The position numbers and the translations under genes were made by a program. The notes below the pieces were generated by a model, which was given only the letters and a program-made list of their open reading frames with translations, ran no database searches and was not told the DNA's origin. This document shows, piece by piece, positions 47,485-61,249 of a stretch of 64,000 bases of DNA. Origin of the DNA: Streptosporangiales bacterium (GTDB lineage: Bacteria; Actinomycetota; Actinomycetes; Streptosporangiales; WHST01); assembly GCA_009379825.1 (NCBI GenBank), contig WHTA01000023.1, positions 892 through 64,891 on the forward strand, in the 5' to 3' direction. Each line of letters begins with the position of its first letter. Position 1 is the stretch's first letter.

Positions 47485-50091
47485 CTACCGCAACGTGCCG
47501 TTGGTCAAGCCCACCGGCTGGTCGGGTAGCACCACAAGGCCCAGCTCGGCCGGGTCGGCGAGCAGGTCGTGGCGCGGCTGCACCCGTACCGTGTAGCCGA
47601 ACGCCCCGGTGCGGTCGAGCGGCACCTCGCCCTCGAAGCGCATCCGGCCGTCGTCGTACTGCTCGACCGCGGTGAGCGCGACGACCGAGGGGGCCTCGAT
47701 GTCGTCCGAGTCGCTGATCCTGCCGTACGCGGCCTGCACCTCGACGTCCGCCGGGGACAGCTCGCCGAGGCTCACGATCGCCCGGATCGGCACCCCGCCA
47801 CCGAGCTCGGCGACGTCGAACGTGCCGGTCGACTCGACGTGCTCGATCGAGACCGACGGCCACCCCTTGCGCACCCTGGCCTTCCACTCGGCCAACTGGC
47901 GGGCGCCCGCGAAGCCGTCGGCGACGATCCGCCGCGTGCTGTCGGCGGCCGGCGCGTACAGCCTGGTCACGTACTCCACGAGCATCCGGTTGGCGGACGC
48001 GCGGGGGCTGAGCTCGGCCAGCGTGTGCCTGACCATCTCGATCCACCGGCGCGGCAGGCCGTGCTCGTCGGTGTCGTAGAACCGGGGCGCCACCTGGTCG
48101 GTGACCAGCTCGTAGAGAGCGGTCGCCTCGAGCTCGTCGCGGTGGTCCGGGTCTGGACGCTTGTCGGCGCTCGGGATCGCCCACCCGTTCGCGCCGTCGA
48201 ACCACTCGTCCCACCAGCCGTCCCTGATGGACAGGTTGAGCCCACCGTTGAGCGCGGCCTTCATGCCGGACGTGCCGCAGGCCTCGAGCGGGCGCAGCGG
48301 GTTGTTCAGCCAGACGTCGCAGCCAGAGACGAGGAACCTGGCCATCTCCATGTCGTAGTCCGGCAGGAAGACGATCCGGTGCCGCACCTCGGGGTCGTCG
48401 GCGAACCAGACGATCTCCTGGATCAGCCGCTTGCCGCCGTCGTCGGCCGGGTGCGCCTTGCCCGCGATCACGATCTGGATCGGTCGGTCCGGGTCGAGCA
48501 GCAGCGACTTCAGCCGGTCACGGTCGCGCAGCATCAGCGTGAGCCGCTTGTACGACGGCACACGGCGGGCGAACCCGATGGTCAGCACGTTCGGGTCGAG
48601 CGCGTCGTCGACCCACGACAGCTCGGCCTCGCTCGCGCCGCGCTGCAGGGCGGACAGCCGCAGCCGCCGCCTGGCCTCGTGCACCAAGTGCTTACGCAAC
48701 GTCGAGCGCATCTGCCACACGGTGCCGTCGTCGATGCCGCTGACCACGGACCGCCAGGTCTGCGGGTCGAACTCTTGCTCGCTGTGCAGGCCCGCGGGGT
48801 GGAGCAGACCGAGCACCTCGTCGGCGGCCCAGGTGCGCTCGTGTACACCGTTGGTCACCGAGGTGATCGGCACCTCCTGGGTGTCGAAGCCCGGCCACAG
48901 GCCGCCGAACATCTCCCGGCTGACCGCACCGTGCAGCAGGCTGACCCCGTTGGCGCGCTGGCCGAGCCGCAGGCCCATCACGGCCATGTTGAAGACGTCG
49001 GGGTCGCCGCTCTCGTACGTCTCGGCGCCGAGCTCCATGATCCGTTCCACCGGCACGCCGTCGAACGCGTTGTCGCCGCCGAAGTGCTGGTCGACGAGAT
49101 CGCGCGGGAACCTGTCGATGCCGGCGGGCACCGGCGTGTGCGTGGTGAACACGGTGCCGGCGCGTACGGCCTCGAGCGCCTCGTCGAACGACAGGCCGTG
49201 CTCGACCACGAGCTCCCTGATCCGCTCCAGGCCGAGGAACCCGGCGTGCCCCTCGTTGGTGTGGTACACCTCGGGCTCCGGGTGGCCGGTCTCCCTGCAC
49301 CAGGCGCGGATCGCCCGTACGCCGCCGATGCCGAGCAGCATCTCCTGCAGCAGCCGGTGGTCGGTGCTGCCGCCGTACAACCGGTCGGTCACCTCGCGCT
49401 CGGCCGGCGCGTTGCTCTCGATGTCGGAGTCGAGCAGCAGCAGCGGCACCCGGCCGACCTGCGCCTGCCAGATCTGCGCGCCCATCGACCGGCCGCCGGG
49501 CAATCCGACGGAGATCTGCACGGGGGCGCCACCGGAGTCCCTGACCAAGGTCAGCGGCAGGCCGTCCGGGTCGACGGCCGGGTAGCGCTCCTGCTGCCAG
49601 CCGTCGTGCGACAGCGACTGCCTGAAGTAGCCGTGCCGGTAGAGCAGACCGAGCCCGACGATCGGCACGCCGAGATCGCTGGCCGCCTTCAGGTGGTCGC
49701 CGGCGAGGATGCCGAGTCCGCCGGAGTACTGCGGCAGCACCTCGGTCAGCCCGAACTCGGGCGAGAAGTAGGCGATCGCCCGCGGCGCGTCGTCGAGCGA
49801 CTGGAACCAACGCTGCCCGGAGAGGTACTCGGTCAGGTCGGCGTGCGCAGCGCCGAGGCGGCGCAGGAAGTCCTCGTCCTCCGCCAACGCGGCGAGCCGC
49901 TCGGCCGACACCTCGGCGAGCAGCGCGGACGGGTCGTACCTGGTGCGCTCCCACGCATCCGGGTCGACCGAGGCGAACAGCTCCCTGGTCGGCGGGTGCC
50001 ATGACCAGCGGAGGTTGGTGATCAGCTCAGCGAGCGCCTCCAGGCGCCCGGGCAGCGAGGTGCGTACGTTCATCCGACGGATTGCTTTCAC
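47485..50091 (-). CDS. glgP: Alpha-glucan phosphorylase (GlgP, actinobacterial maltodextrin phosphorylase type)
   Basis: ORF 47485..50340 trimmed to GTG at 50091 (VKAIRRMNVRTSLPGRLEALAELITNLRWSWH, the typical N-terminus). GGLGILAGDH and the PLP-Lys region EACGTSGMKAALNG. Confidence 0.9.
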   Translation of the reverse strand: MKAIRRMNVRTSLPGRLEALAELITNLRWSWHPPTRELFASVDPDAWERTRYDPSALLAEVSAERLAALAEDEDFLRRLGAAHADLTEYLSGQRWFQSLDDAPRAIAYFSPEFGLTEVLPQYSGGLGILAGDHLKAASDLGVPIVGLGLLYRHGYFRQSLSHDGWQQERYPAVDPDGLPLTLVRDSGGAPVQISVGLPGGRSMGAQIWQAQVGRVPLLLLDSDIESNAPAEREVTDRLYGGSTDHRLLQEMLLGIGGVRAIRAWCRETGHPEPEVYHTNEGHAGFLGLERIRELVVEHGLSFDEALEAVRAGTVFTTHTPVPAGIDRFPRDLVDQHFGGDNAFDGVPVERIMELGAETYESGDPDVFNMAVMGLRLGQRANGVSLLHGAVSREMFGGLWPGFDTQEVPITSVTNGVHERTWAADEVLGLLHPAGLHSEQEFDPQTWRSVVSGIDDGTVWQMRSTLRKHLVHEARRRLRLSALQRGASEAELSWVDDALDPNVLTIGFARRVPSYKRLTLMLRDRDRLKSLLLDPDRPIQIVIAGKAHPADDGGKRLIQEIVWFADDPEVRHRIVFLPDYDMEMARFLVSGCDVWLNNPLRPLEACGTSGMKAALNGGLNLSIRDGWWDEWFDGANGWAIPSADKRPDPDHRDELEATALYELVTDQVAPRFYDTDEHGLPRRWIEMVRHTLAELSPRASANRMLVEYVTRLYAPAADSTRRIVADGFAGARQLAEWKARVRKGWPSVSIEHVESTGTFDVAELGGGVPIRAIVSLGELSPADVEVQAAYGRISDSDDIEAPSVVALTAVEQYDDGRMRFEGEVPLDRTGAFGYTVRVQPRHDLLADPAELGLVVLPDQPVGLTNGTLR

Positions 50092-50237
50092 GGGCGGGAA
50101 GCCTAGTGGTTCCAGGTGCCGGATTGTGCGGCGCGTGGGCATCAGTTTTCCCGGCCCGCATCCGGGCCGGTCAGCGACAGGTCGACGGACTCGCACCGCC
50201 GCCCGTGCACGCGTATCTCTTCCGCTATCGTCGGCGC

Positions 50238-52222
50238 GTGACCCTCGGACGTTTCCCGATCTTGGACGTCCAGCCGACCGTCGACGGCGGCCGTTGGCCG
50301 GCGAAGGCGGTGGCTGGTGAGACCTTCCGTGTCTCGGCAACGGTGTTCCGCGAAGGCCACGATGCGGTCGCCGCCACCGTCGTGCTCCGCGGCCCGGACG
50401 GCCGCTGCCGCACGCCGGTGCCGATGCGGCTCGACACCCCGTGGCTGGACTTGTGGGCGGCCGACGTCACGGTGCCGGACGCGGGCGAGTGGACGTTCCG
50501 CATCGAGGCGTGGGGCGACCCGCTCGCCACCTGGCGGCACGACGCCGGCATCAAGATCCCCCTCGGGATCGATTCAGAACTCATGCTCGAGGAGGGCGCG
50601 CGGCTGTTCGAGCGCGCCGCACGGCAGGTACCCAAGCCGTACCGGCAGACGATCGAGGCGCTCCCCCGCACGCTGCGCGACACCAACCGGCCGCCCGAGG
50701 AGCGTCTCGCGGCCGCCACCGCGTCCGCGGTGACCGCGCTGCTCGACGCGTACCCGCTGCGCGAGCACGTCACGCCGAGCGCCGCCTTCCCCGTGCGGGT
50801 CGAGCGGCAGCGTGCACTGTTCGGCTCGTGGTACGAGTTCTTCCCGCGCTCCGAGGGCGCCACGGTCGACCCGCAGCCGGTGTCCGGCACCTTCCGCACG
50901 GTGGCCAAGCGGCTGCCGAAGATCGCGGAGATGGGCTTCGACGTCGTCTACCTGCCACCGATCCACCCGATCGGCACGACCAACAGGAAGGGGCCGAACA
51001 ACACGCTCGTCGCCGGCCCGGACGACCCTGGCGTGCCCTGGGCGATCGGCTCGGCCGAAGGCGGGCACGACGCCGTGCACCCCGACCTCGGCACCATCGA
51101 CGACTTCGACGAGTTCGTCGCCACGGCCCGCGAGCACGGGCTCGAGGTCGCGCTCGACCTGGCGCTGCAGGCCTCACCCGACCACCCCTGGGCCACCGAG
51201 CACCCGGAGTGGTTCTCCGTCCGTGCGGACGGGTCGATCGCGTACGCGGAGAACCCGCCGAAGAAGTACCAGGACATCTACCCGATCAACTTCGACAACG
51301 ACCCCGAGGGCATCTTCACCGAGGTGCTGCGCATCGTGCGGCACTGGATGGACCACGGCGTACGGATCTTCCGGGTGGACAACCCCCATACGAAGCCCGG
51401 GTGGTTCTGGGAGCGGTTGATCCGCACGGTGAACGAGACCGACCCGGACGTGATCTTCCTCGCCGAGGCGTTCACCCGCTCCGCGGTGATGCACACGCTC
51501 GGCAAGCTCGGCTTCCAGCAGTCGTACACCTACTTCACCTGGCGCAACGGCAAGGAGGAGCTCGAGGAGTACCTCACCGAGCTGTCGCAGCAGACGGCCG
51601 CGTTCATGCGGCCCAACTTCTTCGTCAACACGCCCGACATCCTGCACGCGTACCTCCAGCACGGCGGGCCACCTGCGTTCGTCATCCGGGCCGTGCTCGC
51701 CAGCACGCTCTCGCCGACCTGGGGCGTCTACAGCGGCTACGAGCTGTGCGAGAACACGCCGGTGCGGCCGGGCAGCGAGGAGTACCTCGACTCGGAGAAG
51801 TACCAGTTCCGGCCCAGGGAGTGGGCGGCTGCCGAGCGCGCGGGGACGTCGATCACGCCGTACCTGACCGCCCTCAACCAGATCAGGCGCGAGCACCCGG
51901 CACTGCACCACCTGCGGAACCTGCGCTTCCACACCGTCGCGCAGGCCGACCCGCACATCATCTGCTACTCCAAACGGGTACCTGGGCCGGAGAACGGCGG
52001 GCTCGGCGATATCGTGCTCGTGGTCTGCAACCTCGACCCGCACGGCGCCCATGAGGCGTCGGTGGACCTCGACCTGCCGGCGCTCGGATTCGACTGGGAT
52101 GCCAAGCTCCTCGTCCACGACCTGATGACCGGCGCCGAGTACGTTTGGGGCCAGCGCAACTACGTCCGTCTCGACCCATGGCCACAGCCCGCTCACGTCT
52201 TCACCGTGCGGAGGTACGTCGA

Positions 52223-52226
<4 letters not shown>
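50238..52226 (+). CDS. glgE: Alpha-1,4-glucan:maltose-1-phosphate maltosyltransferase
   Basis: ORF 50082..52226 trimmed to GTG at 50238 ([25 protein letters not shown]). GH13_3 motifs [31 protein letters not shown]. Confidence 0.9.
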
Positions 52227-53923
<1,697 letters not shown>

Positions 53924-53940
53924 CCTGGCAAGCAGATCGC

Positions 53941-55320
53941 ATGGAGCGGAGACGCGAAGCGCAGCGGATGACACTCGAGAAGCGGCTACTTCACTGGCTG
54001 CCCGCACAGCGGTGGTACGCGGGCGGGTCACGCACCCTGCGCAGCGTGGAGGTCGAGCGCCGCACCGAGCTGCTCGGCGGCGACCCCGCCATGTCCCTCC
54101 TGGTGCTGGCCGTGACCCACGACGGCGGCAGCGACAAGTACCAGCTGCTCCTCGGCGAGCGGTCCCAGCTGCCGCAACGGCTGGCGCACGTGCACATCGG
54201 CAGCGGCGACGAGGTGGAGTGGTACGACGCCGCGCACGACCACGACATCACCCCGCGGCTGATCGACCTGATCTCCCGCAACGCCGACGTCGACGGGCTG
54301 CGGTTCCGCTCGGTGCCGGAGTCCGGGCCGCTCGACCCGACGTTGGCGAGCCTCGCCCTCCCGCACGAGCAGACCAACACGTCGCTGATCTTCGGCGACG
54401 AGTCGATCCTCAAGACGTTCCGCAGGCTGGTGCCTGGCGTCAACCCGGACCTCGAGGTCACGCTGGCCCTGGCCAACGCCGGCTCGGCGCACGTCGCCGA
54501 GCCGCTCGGCTGGATCGAGGCCGACGTCGCCGGCACCGGCACGACCCTCGCGCTGCTGCAACGGTTCCTGCGCACCGGCACGGACGGCTGGCTGCTCGCC
54601 ACGGGCAGCGTGCGCGACCTGCTCGCCGAGGCCGACCTGCACCCCGACGAGGTGGGCGGCGACTTCGCCGCCGAGTCCGAGCGGCTCGGCGCCGCGACGG
54701 CGGCGGTACACGCCGACCTGGCCCGCTCGCTGGAGACCATGACGGCAGGTCCCGCGGAGGTGACCGAGCTCGCGGCGACCATGCGCCGCAGGCTCGCCCA
54801 CGCACAACGCGAGGTGCCCAGCCTGGCCACCCACGCCGACCGCATTGACCAGGTCTTCCGGGCGCTGCCCGGCCAGGTGTCGTCGTTCCCCGCGCAGCGG
54901 GTGCACGGCGACTACCACCTGGGCCAGGTGATGCGCACCACCGACGGGTGGGTGCTGATCGACTTCGAGGGCGAGCCGGAGCACCCGTTGGCGGACCGCG
55001 TCGCGCTGATGTCGCCGCTGAAGGACGTCGCCGGGATGCTGCGCTCGTTCGACTACGCCGCGCACCACCTGCTGGTCGAGCAGTTCGACGACGAGCAGCA
55101 CGCGTACCGGGCGCACGAGTGGAGCGACAGGAACACCGACGCGTTCTGCACCGGCTACGCCGGCGAGGTCGGCGCCGACCCGCGCGACCAACGTGCCCTC
55201 CTGACCGCGTTCGAGCTCGACAAGGCCGTCTACGAGGTCGTGTACGAGGCGCGGCACCGGCCGAGCTGGCTGCGGATCCCGATGAGCGCGATCGAAGGAA
55301 TCGTCGAGAAGGCACTATGA
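53941..55320 (+). CDS. mak: Maltokinase (maltose 1-phosphate-forming)
   Basis: In-frame ATG at 53941 (alternative 53968) within ORF 53446..55320. [11 protein letters not shown]-terminus and the kinase core [26 protein letters not shown]. Confidence 0.85.
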   Translation: MERRREAQRMTLEKRLLHWLPAQRWYAGGSRTLRSVEVERRTELLGGDPAMSLLVLAVTHDGGSDKYQLLLGERSQLPQRLAHVHIGSGDEVEWYDAAHDHDITPRLIDLISRNADVDGLRFRSVPESGPLDPTLASLALPHEQTNTSLIFGDESILKTFRRLVPGVNPDLEVTLALANAGSAHVAEPLGWIEADVAGTGTTLALLQRFLRTGTDGWLLATGSVRDLLAEADLHPDEVGGDFAAESERLGAATAAVHADLARSLETMTAGPAEVTELAATMRRRLAHAQREVPSLATHADRIDQVFRALPGQVSSFPAQRVHGDYHLGQVMRTTDGWVLIDFEGEPEHPLADRVALMSPLKDVAGMLRSFDYAAHHLLVEQFDDEQHAYRAHEWSDRNTDAFCTGYAGEVGADPRDQRALLTAFELDKAVYEVVYEARHRPSWLRIPMSAIEGIVEKAL

Positions 55321-57503
55321 GCGAGGCACCTGGGGAGCTCGCCGACCAGCTACGGCAGCTGGCCGAGGGGACGCATCACGACCCGCACGGTCTGCTCGGC
55401 TGTCACCGCAGCGGCGACACGACGGTCATCCGGGCCCTGCGGCCGGCGGCGTCCGCCGTCACCGCGCTGCTGGCCGACGGCTCGCGGCTGCCGCTGACCC
55501 ACGTCGACGCCGGCGTCTACACGGCCGAGGTCGCCGGCGCAGAACCGGTGGACTACCGGCTCGAGGTCGGCTACGGCGACGACACGGTCGTCGAGGACGA
55601 CGCGTACCGGTTCCTGCCCACGCTGGGCGATGTCGACCTGCACCTGTTCAACGAGGGCAGGCACGAACAACTGTGGACGGTGCTCGGCGCGCACGTCCGC
55701 CGTTACAAGACCGCGCGCGGCGACGTGGTCGGCACCTCGTTCGCCGTGTGGGCGCCGAACGCCAAGGGCGTGCGCGTGGTCGGTGACTTCAACCACTGGG
55801 ACGGGCACTCCCACCCGATGCGGATGATGGGCAGCAGCGGCGTCTGGGAGCTGTTCGTGCCCGAGGTGACGGCGGGCGTCAGGTACAAGTTCGCGGTGCT
55901 CGGCGCCGACTGGGTGTGGCGGCACAAGGCCGACCCGATGGCGTTCGCGACCGAGCAGCCGCCGGCCACGGCGTCGGTGGTGTACGAGTCCACGTACGAG
56001 TGGGCGGACGACGCGTGGCTGGCGCGGCGGGAGCGGACCAACCCGACGTACGCGCCGATGTCCGCGTACGAGGTGCACCTCGGGTCGTGGCGTCCCGGGC
56101 TCAGCTACGTCGAGCTGGCCGACCAGCTCGTCGCGTACGTCCGCGACCTCGGGTTCACGCACGTCGAGTTCCTCCCGGTCGCCGAGCACCCGTTCGGCGG
56201 TTCCTGGGGCTACCAGGTGACGTCGTACTACGCGCCGTCGTCGCGGTTCGGTCACCCGGACGAGTTCAGGCACCTGGTCGACCGGCTGCACCAGGCGGGT
56301 ATCGGCGTGCTCGTCGACTGGGTGCCCGCCCACTTCCCGAAGGACGCGTGGGCGCTGGCGCGGTTCGACGGCACCACGCTGTACGAGCACGGTGACCCGC
56401 GGCAGGGCGAGCACCCCGACTGGGGCACGCTCGTCTTCGACTACGGCCGGCACGAGGTGCGCAACTTCCTGGTGGCGAACGCCCTCTACTGGCTCGAGGA
56501 GTTCCACGTCGACGGCCTGCGCGTCGACGCGGTCGCCTCGATGCTCTACCTGGACTACTCCAGGAAGGAAGGCGAGTGGGTGCCGAACCGGCACGGCGGC
56601 AGGGAGAACCTGGAGGCGATCGCGTTCCTGCAGGAGACCAACGCGACGATCTACAAGCGGGTGCCGGGCGCGGTCACCATCGCCGAGGAGTCGACATCGT
56701 GGTCCGGCGTGTCCCGCGCCACCTACGTCGGCGGGCTCGGGTTCGGCTTCAAGTGGAACATGGGCTGGATGCACGACACGCTGGGCTACCTGGCCCGCGA
56801 CCCGATCCACCGACAGTTCCACCACCACGAGCTGACGTTCTCCATGATGTACGCGTACAGCGAGAACTTCGTACTGCCGCTGTCGCACGACGAGGTGGTG
56901 CACGGCAAGGGCTCGCTGTACCGGCGGATGCCCGGTGACCACTGGCGCAAGCTCGCCGGCCTGCGCGCGCTCTACGCGTACATGTGGGCGCACCCGGGCA
57001 AGCAGCTGGTGTTCATGGGCGCGGAGTTCGGCCAGGACACCGAGTGGTCGGAGCAGGACGGGCTGGCCTGGTTCCACCTCGACCAGCCGGACCGCCGCGG
57101 CCTGCAGACGCTGATCCGCGACCTCAACCTGCTCTACGCGGACTCGCCTGCGCTGTGGGAGCAGGACCACGACCCGCAGGGCTTCTCCTGGATCGACGCC
57201 GACGACTCCACCGGCAACACCCTGTCGTTCCTCCGCCGGGCCGCGGACGGCACCGCGCTCGCGTGCGTGGTGAACTTCTCCGCCGTCCCGCACATCGGCT
57301 ACCGCCTCGGCCTGCCCGCCGCGGGCCGGTGGCGCGAGGCCCTGAACACCGACGCCCACCCGTACGGCGGCAGCGGCGTCGGCAACTTCGGCGTCGTACA
57401 GGCGACCACCGAGCCGTGGCACGGCCAGCCCGCGTCGACCGAGCTGACCATCCCACCGCTGGGCGCGCTCTGGCTCGTCCCCGAACCGGAGAGCGCCGAC
57501 TGA
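55317..57503 (+). CDS. glgB: 1,4-alpha-glucan branching enzyme
   Basis: ATG at 55317 (ATGA overlap) within ORF 54948..57503. [49 protein letters not shown] and [12 protein letters not shown] motifs. Confidence 0.95.
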   Translation: MSEAPGELADQLRQLAEGTHHDPHGLLGCHRSGDTTVIRALRPAASAVTALLADGSRLPLTHVDAGVYTAEVAGAEPVDYRLEVGYGDDTVVEDDAYRFLPTLGDVDLHLFNEGRHEQLWTVLGAHVRRYKTARGDVVGTSFAVWAPNAKGVRVVGDFNHWDGHSHPMRMMGSSGVWELFVPEVTAGVRYKFAVLGADWVWRHKADPMAFATEQPPATASVVYESTYEWADDAWLARRERTNPTYAPMSAYEVHLGSWRPGLSYVELADQLVAYVRDLGFTHVEFLPVAEHPFGGSWGYQVTSYYAPSSRFGHPDEFRHLVDRLHQAGIGVLVDWVPAHFPKDAWALARFDGTTLYEHGDPRQGEHPDWGTLVFDYGRHEVRNFLVANALYWLEEFHVDGLRVDAVASMLYLDYSRKEGEWVPNRHGGRENLEAIAFLQETNATIYKRVPGAVTIAEESTSWSGVSRATYVGGLGFGFKWNMGWMHDTLGYLARDPIHRQFHHHELTFSMMYAYSENFVLPLSHDEVVHGKGSLYRRMPGDHWRKLAGLRALYAYMWAHPGKQLVFMGAEFGQDTEWSEQDGLAWFHLDQPDRRGLQTLIRDLNLLYADSPALWEQDHDPQGFSWIDADDSTGNTLSFLRRAADGTALACVVNFSAVPHIGYRLGLPAAGRWREALNTDAHPYGGSGVGNFGVVQATTEPWHGQPASTELTIPPLGALWLVPEPESAD

Positions 57504-57509
57504 CCCTGG

Positions 57510-58964
57510 CTAGGCGCCGAGGTTGCTCATGACGTGCTTGATCCTCGTGTAGTCCTCGAAGGAGTACATGGAGAGGTCCTTGCCGTAACCGGAGTGCTTG
57601 AAGCCGCCGTGGGGCATCTCGCCGACGATCGGGATGTGCGTGTTGATCCAGACGCAGCCGAAGTCCAGCCGCCTGGCCGCCCGCATCGCCTTGCCGTGGT
57701 CGCGGGTCCACACGCTGGACGCCAGGCCGTACTCCACGCCGTTCGCCCAGGCGAGCGCCTCGTCCTCGTCGGTGAAGCGCTGCACGGTGACGACCGGGCC
57801 GAAGATCTCGTTCTGCACCATCTCGTCGTCCTGCCGTAGCCCGGAGACGACGGTCGGCGAGAAGAAGTACCCGCGGTCGCCCACCTGCGTGCCGCCGGTG
57901 CCGACGTCGGCGTGGCCAGGGACCCGGTCGAAGAACCCGCTCACCCTGGCCAGCTGGTTCGGGTTGTTCAGCGGGCCGTAGTCGGCATCGGTCACGTCCG
58001 GGCCGCCGACCTTCGTGCCCTTCGCCGCCTCGGTGATCGCCGCGACGAAGTCGTCGTGCACCCGCGGCCCGGCGAGCACCCTGGTCGCCGCCGTGCAGTC
58101 CTGGCCGGCGTTGAAGTACGCGGCCTCCGCGATGCCCTGCGCGGCCAGCTCCAGGTCCGCGTCGTCGTAGACGATCACCGGCGCCTTGCCGCCGAGCTCC
58201 AGATGGACGCGCTTGAGGTCACCGGAGGCCGCCTGTGCGACCTCCATCCCGGCGCGGACGCTGCCGGTGACGGAGACCAGCTGCGGGATCGGGTTGTCGA
58301 CGAGCGCGCGCCCCGTGTCGCGGTCGCCGGTGATCACGTTGAACACCCCGGGCGGCACGAACTCCGCCGCGATCTCCGCCAGCTTCAGCGTGGTGACCGG
58401 CGTGGTGTCGGACGGCTTCAGCACCGTCGTGTTGCCGGCGGCGAGCGCGGGCGCGAACTTCCAGGTCGCCATGGCCATCGGGTAGTTCCACGGCGTCACC
58501 TGGCCGACCACGCCGATCGGCTCCCGCCTGATCCAGGACGTGTGGTCGGCCATGTACTCCGCACTCGCCCGGCCCTCGAGCACCCGGGCCGCGCTCGCGA
58601 AGAACCTGATCGCGTCGGTGACCTGCCAGATCTCCTCGCTGCGGGTCAGGCCGACCGGCTTGCCGGTGTTCTCGCACTCCAACCCCACCAGCTCGTCCGC
58701 GCGGGCCTCGATGGCGTCCGCGATCCGGAACAGCGCGAGGCCCCGCTCGGCGGGCGTGGTGTCGCGCCAGCCCTCGAACGCCTTCGCGGCCGTCTGGAAC
58801 GCCGCGTCGACGTCGGCGGCACCGGACGCGGGTGCCTGCGCGAACACCTCACCGGTGCTCGGGTCGACGATGTCGAGGGTGCGACCGTCGGCGGGGTCCA
58901 CGTACTCACCACCGACGAAGTTCTGCAGGGTGCGAACCGACCTGGTCAAGCGAGCCTCCTCCAT
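57510..58964 (-). CDS. NAD(P)-dependent aldehyde dehydrogenase (aminobutyraldehyde/betaine-aldehyde DH-like)
   Basis: C-terminal 484 aa of ORF 57510..59648. Start at 58964, with alternatives at 58979 and 58994. VTPWNYP, ELGGKAP (catalytic Glu), [11 protein letters not shown] (catalytic Cys), EIFGPV. Confidence 0.9.
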   Translation of the reverse strand: MEEARLTRSVRTLQNFVGGEYVDPADGRTLDIVDPSTGEVFAQAPASGAADVDAAFQTAAKAFEGWRDTTPAERGLALFRIADAIEARADELVGLECENTGKPVGLTRSEEIWQVTDAIRFFASAARVLEGRASAEYMADHTSWIRREPIGVVGQVTPWNYPMAMATWKFAPALAAGNTTVLKPSDTTPVTTLKLAEIAAEFVPPGVFNVITGDRDTGRALVDNPIPQLVSVTGSVRAGMEVAQAASGDLKRVHLELGGKAPVIVYDDADLELAAQGIAEAAYFNAGQDCTAATRVLAGPRVHDDFVAAITEAAKGTKVGGPDVTDADYGPLNNPNQLARVSGFFDRVPGHADVGTGGTQVGDRGYFFSPTVVSGLRQDDEMVQNEIFGPVVTVQRFTDEDEALAWANGVEYGLASSVWTRDHGKAMRAARRLDFGCVWINTHIPIVGEMPHGGFKHSGYGKDLSMYSFEDYTRIKHVMSNLGA

Positions 58965-59100
58965 CGAGTACGGAACCATGCAACCACATGGCATCACGAC
59001 GCGGAAACCATCCTGTCGTAAGTGCCCGACAAAGGAAACCGCCGTCGTACTCGAATCTAAGCTTTTACATTGCAAGTGCAACGCAAACGAGAGGTAGGCC

Positions 59101-60245
59101 ATGCCGATGCCGAAGCTGCCGTTCGAGCGCCCGGACCCGCTCGGCACCCTGCGCGAGTACGCGCAGCTGCGGGCGGGTGCACCGGTGGCACGGGTGACCA
59201 CTGCGGACGGGCAACCGGCGTGGCTGGTCACCTCGCACGACGCCGCCGCGGCGGCGCTTCCCGACCCCCGACTGCGCGCGACACCACCGGGAGCGGAGTC
59301 CCCCTGGGACGGCGAGTCACACCTGCGGATGCGTCGCCTCGTCGCGAAGGCGTTCACCCCGCGGAAGGTCGAGGCGGTGCGCCCGCGCGTCGAGCAGCTG
59401 GCGCGCGAGCAGGCAGCCGTGTTCGCAGCCGCGGGTCCGCCAGGCGACCTGGTCGACGGGTTCGCGGCGCCGTTGTCCATCGGCGTCATCGCCGAGCTGC
59501 TCGGCGTCGCCATCGACGAGCGCGACCGGTTCCGTACGCTCGCGGACGCCGCCAGCGCCGCCGACCCGTTCGCCGCGGACGCAGGAGACGACACCGCCGC
59601 CGCGTGGGAGGCGTTCGGCGGGTACGCCGCCGAACTGGTCGGGTACAAGCGCGAGCAGCTCGGCGGCGACCTGCTCAGCGACCTGATCCGCGTGCACGAC
59701 GCCGCGGACGGACGGTTGGCCGACGACGAGCTGATCTTGCTGGTTACCGTGCTCGTCGCATCCGGCTACCTGACCGCGACCAACGCGATCGCCGTCAGCG
59801 CACTGCTGCTGCTTGCCCACGACCGGCTCGCCGAGATGACCGAAGGTGACGTCACCGCGACGGTCGAGGAACTGGTGCGGCTGCGGATCGGGCTGATCGG
59901 CGAACCGTTCCCCCGGTACGCGCACGAGGACGTCGAGCTGGCGGGCGTGCCGATCGCGAAGGGCGATCGGGTGCTCGTCCGGCTGGAGGCGGCCAACCGC
60001 GACCCGGCGCAGTACCCGGACCCCGACGAGCTGCTGCCGCAGCGTCCGCCAGGACCGCGACTGACGTTCGGGCGCGGGCGCACCACTGCCCAGGCGCCGC
60101 GCTCGCCCGCGTCGAGATCGCCGCGGCGCTGAGCGTGCTCGCCGACCAACTCCCCGGGCTGCGGCTCGCCGACACCGTAGCCGACGTGCCGTGGCGGCAC
60201 AGCCACGCGGACGCGGGCCCGACCGCGCTCGAGGTGACCTGGTGA
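59101..60245 (+). pseudogene. Cytochrome P450 with a 1-nt frameshift in the heme-binding loop
   Basis: ORF 59101..60132 has ExxR (EELVR) and ends LTFGRGRTTAQAPR*. The shifted frame from 60081 reads HHCPGAALARVEIAAALSVLADQLPGLRL...EVTW*, ending at 60245. That completes FGxGxHxCxG plus the L-helix. Confidence 0.75.
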
Positions 60246-60279
60246 CGGCCACCACCGCCTGTGCCGGCGCCGGCTCGGC

Positions 60280-61203
60280 TCAGAACAGGGCGCTGGCCAG
60301 CGCGCGGCGGGCCTTCGCGACCCGCTGGTCCTTGACGCCGACCGCGGCGAACAGGTCGAGCAGGTGCTGCCGTACCGCGTCGCGGTCGTCGCCGGTGACC
60401 TGCTTGACCGTGGCGATCAGCCGGTTGAACGCGTCGTCCACGTTGCCCGCGCACACGTCCAGGTCGGCGGCCCGGCACTGCGCGGCCACGTCGGCCGGTG
60501 CCTCGGCCGCGGCGGTACGCACCGCCTGCACGTCGAGGTCCTTGGCGCGCTGCAGCAGCTTCGCTCTGGCTACCCCCTGCGTCGCGCCCTCGTCGCCGGG
60601 AGCGTTCGCGAGCACGTTCTCGTACGCGGCGATCGCACCGTCCAGGTCGCCGGCGGCGAGCGCCTGCTCGGCGGCGGCGTACCGCGGGTCGCCGGCAGGC
60701 TCAGGCTCCGCCTCCGGCTCCTCGGCCTCGGCGTCCGCCTCCACGGTGCCCGTCACCCCGTTGGCGGCCGCCACCTTCAGCAGCTCGTCGAGGTAGCGGC
60801 GCACCTCGTCCTCCGGCAGCGCACCCATGAACAGCGGTACGACCTGGCCCTTCAGCACGCCGACCACCATCGGGATGCTCTGCACCTGGGCGGCGGCGGC
60901 CAGCCGCTGGTTCGCCTCGGTGTCGACCTTCGCCAGCACGAACTTGCCGGCGTACTCGGCCGTGAGCTTCTCCAGGATCGGGCTCAGCTGCTTGCAGGGC
61001 TGACACCAGTCCGCCCAGAAGTCGATGACGACCGGCACCGACATCGACCGTTCGAGGACATCGGCCTCGAACGTCTGCTCCGACACGTCGATGACCAGGC
61101 TCGACACGGAGGCACCGCCACCACCCTGCTGGGATGCCTGCGCGCGGGCGGCCAACGCGGACAGGTCGACGGCTCCAGCGGCCGAGAAGTTCTGCGAGCT
61201 CAT
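60280..61203 (-). CDS. Thioredoxin-domain + TPR-like protein (YbbN/CnoX-like)
   Basis: ORF trimmed to ATG at 61203 (307 aa). Thioredoxin fold with FWADWCQPCKQL, followed by an acidic linker and a helical TPR-like C-terminus. Confidence 0.85.
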   Translation of the reverse strand: MSSQNFSAAGAVDLSALAARAQASQQGGGGASVSSLVIDVSEQTFEADVLERSMSVPVVIDFWADWCQPCKQLSPILEKLTAEYAGKFVLAKVDTEANQRLAAAAQVQSIPMVVGVLKGQVVPLFMGALPEDEVRRYLDELLKVAAANGVTGTVEADAEAEEPEAEPEPAGDPRYAAAEQALAAGDLDGAIAAYENVLANAPGDEGATQGVARAKLLQRAKDLDVQAVRTAAAEAPADVAAQCRAADLDVCAGNVDDAFNRLIATVKQVTGDDRDAVRQHLLDLFAAVGVKDQRVAKARRALASALF

Positions 61204-61249
61204 GGTCCTATCCTGCCGGGTCGCGCCCGGAAGTGGCGAAGCACCCGGG

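Noticed and set aside
46864-47529. 221-aa ORF with a repeated peptide (ETPADPPRGRRQGLTAETHRGPAHH x2) as a repeat-containing protein
   Set aside because: The periodicity merely reflects the DNA repeat. The frame is Arg/Pro-rich and lacks a plausible start context. It also runs through the terminator hairpin into the glgP 3' end on the opposite strand.
58965-59100. TTGCA-AG-TGCAA inverted repeat in the ALDH/P450 divergent spacer as an operator
   Set aside because: The arms are only 5 bp and no regulator gene is adjacent. It was noted but is not distinguishable from chance.
60263-60274. GCCGGCGCCGGC palindrome between the P450 and thioredoxin-like genes as a terminator
   Set aside because: The self-complementary 12-mer leaves at most a 4-bp stem once a loop is allowed. 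That is too weak to call.
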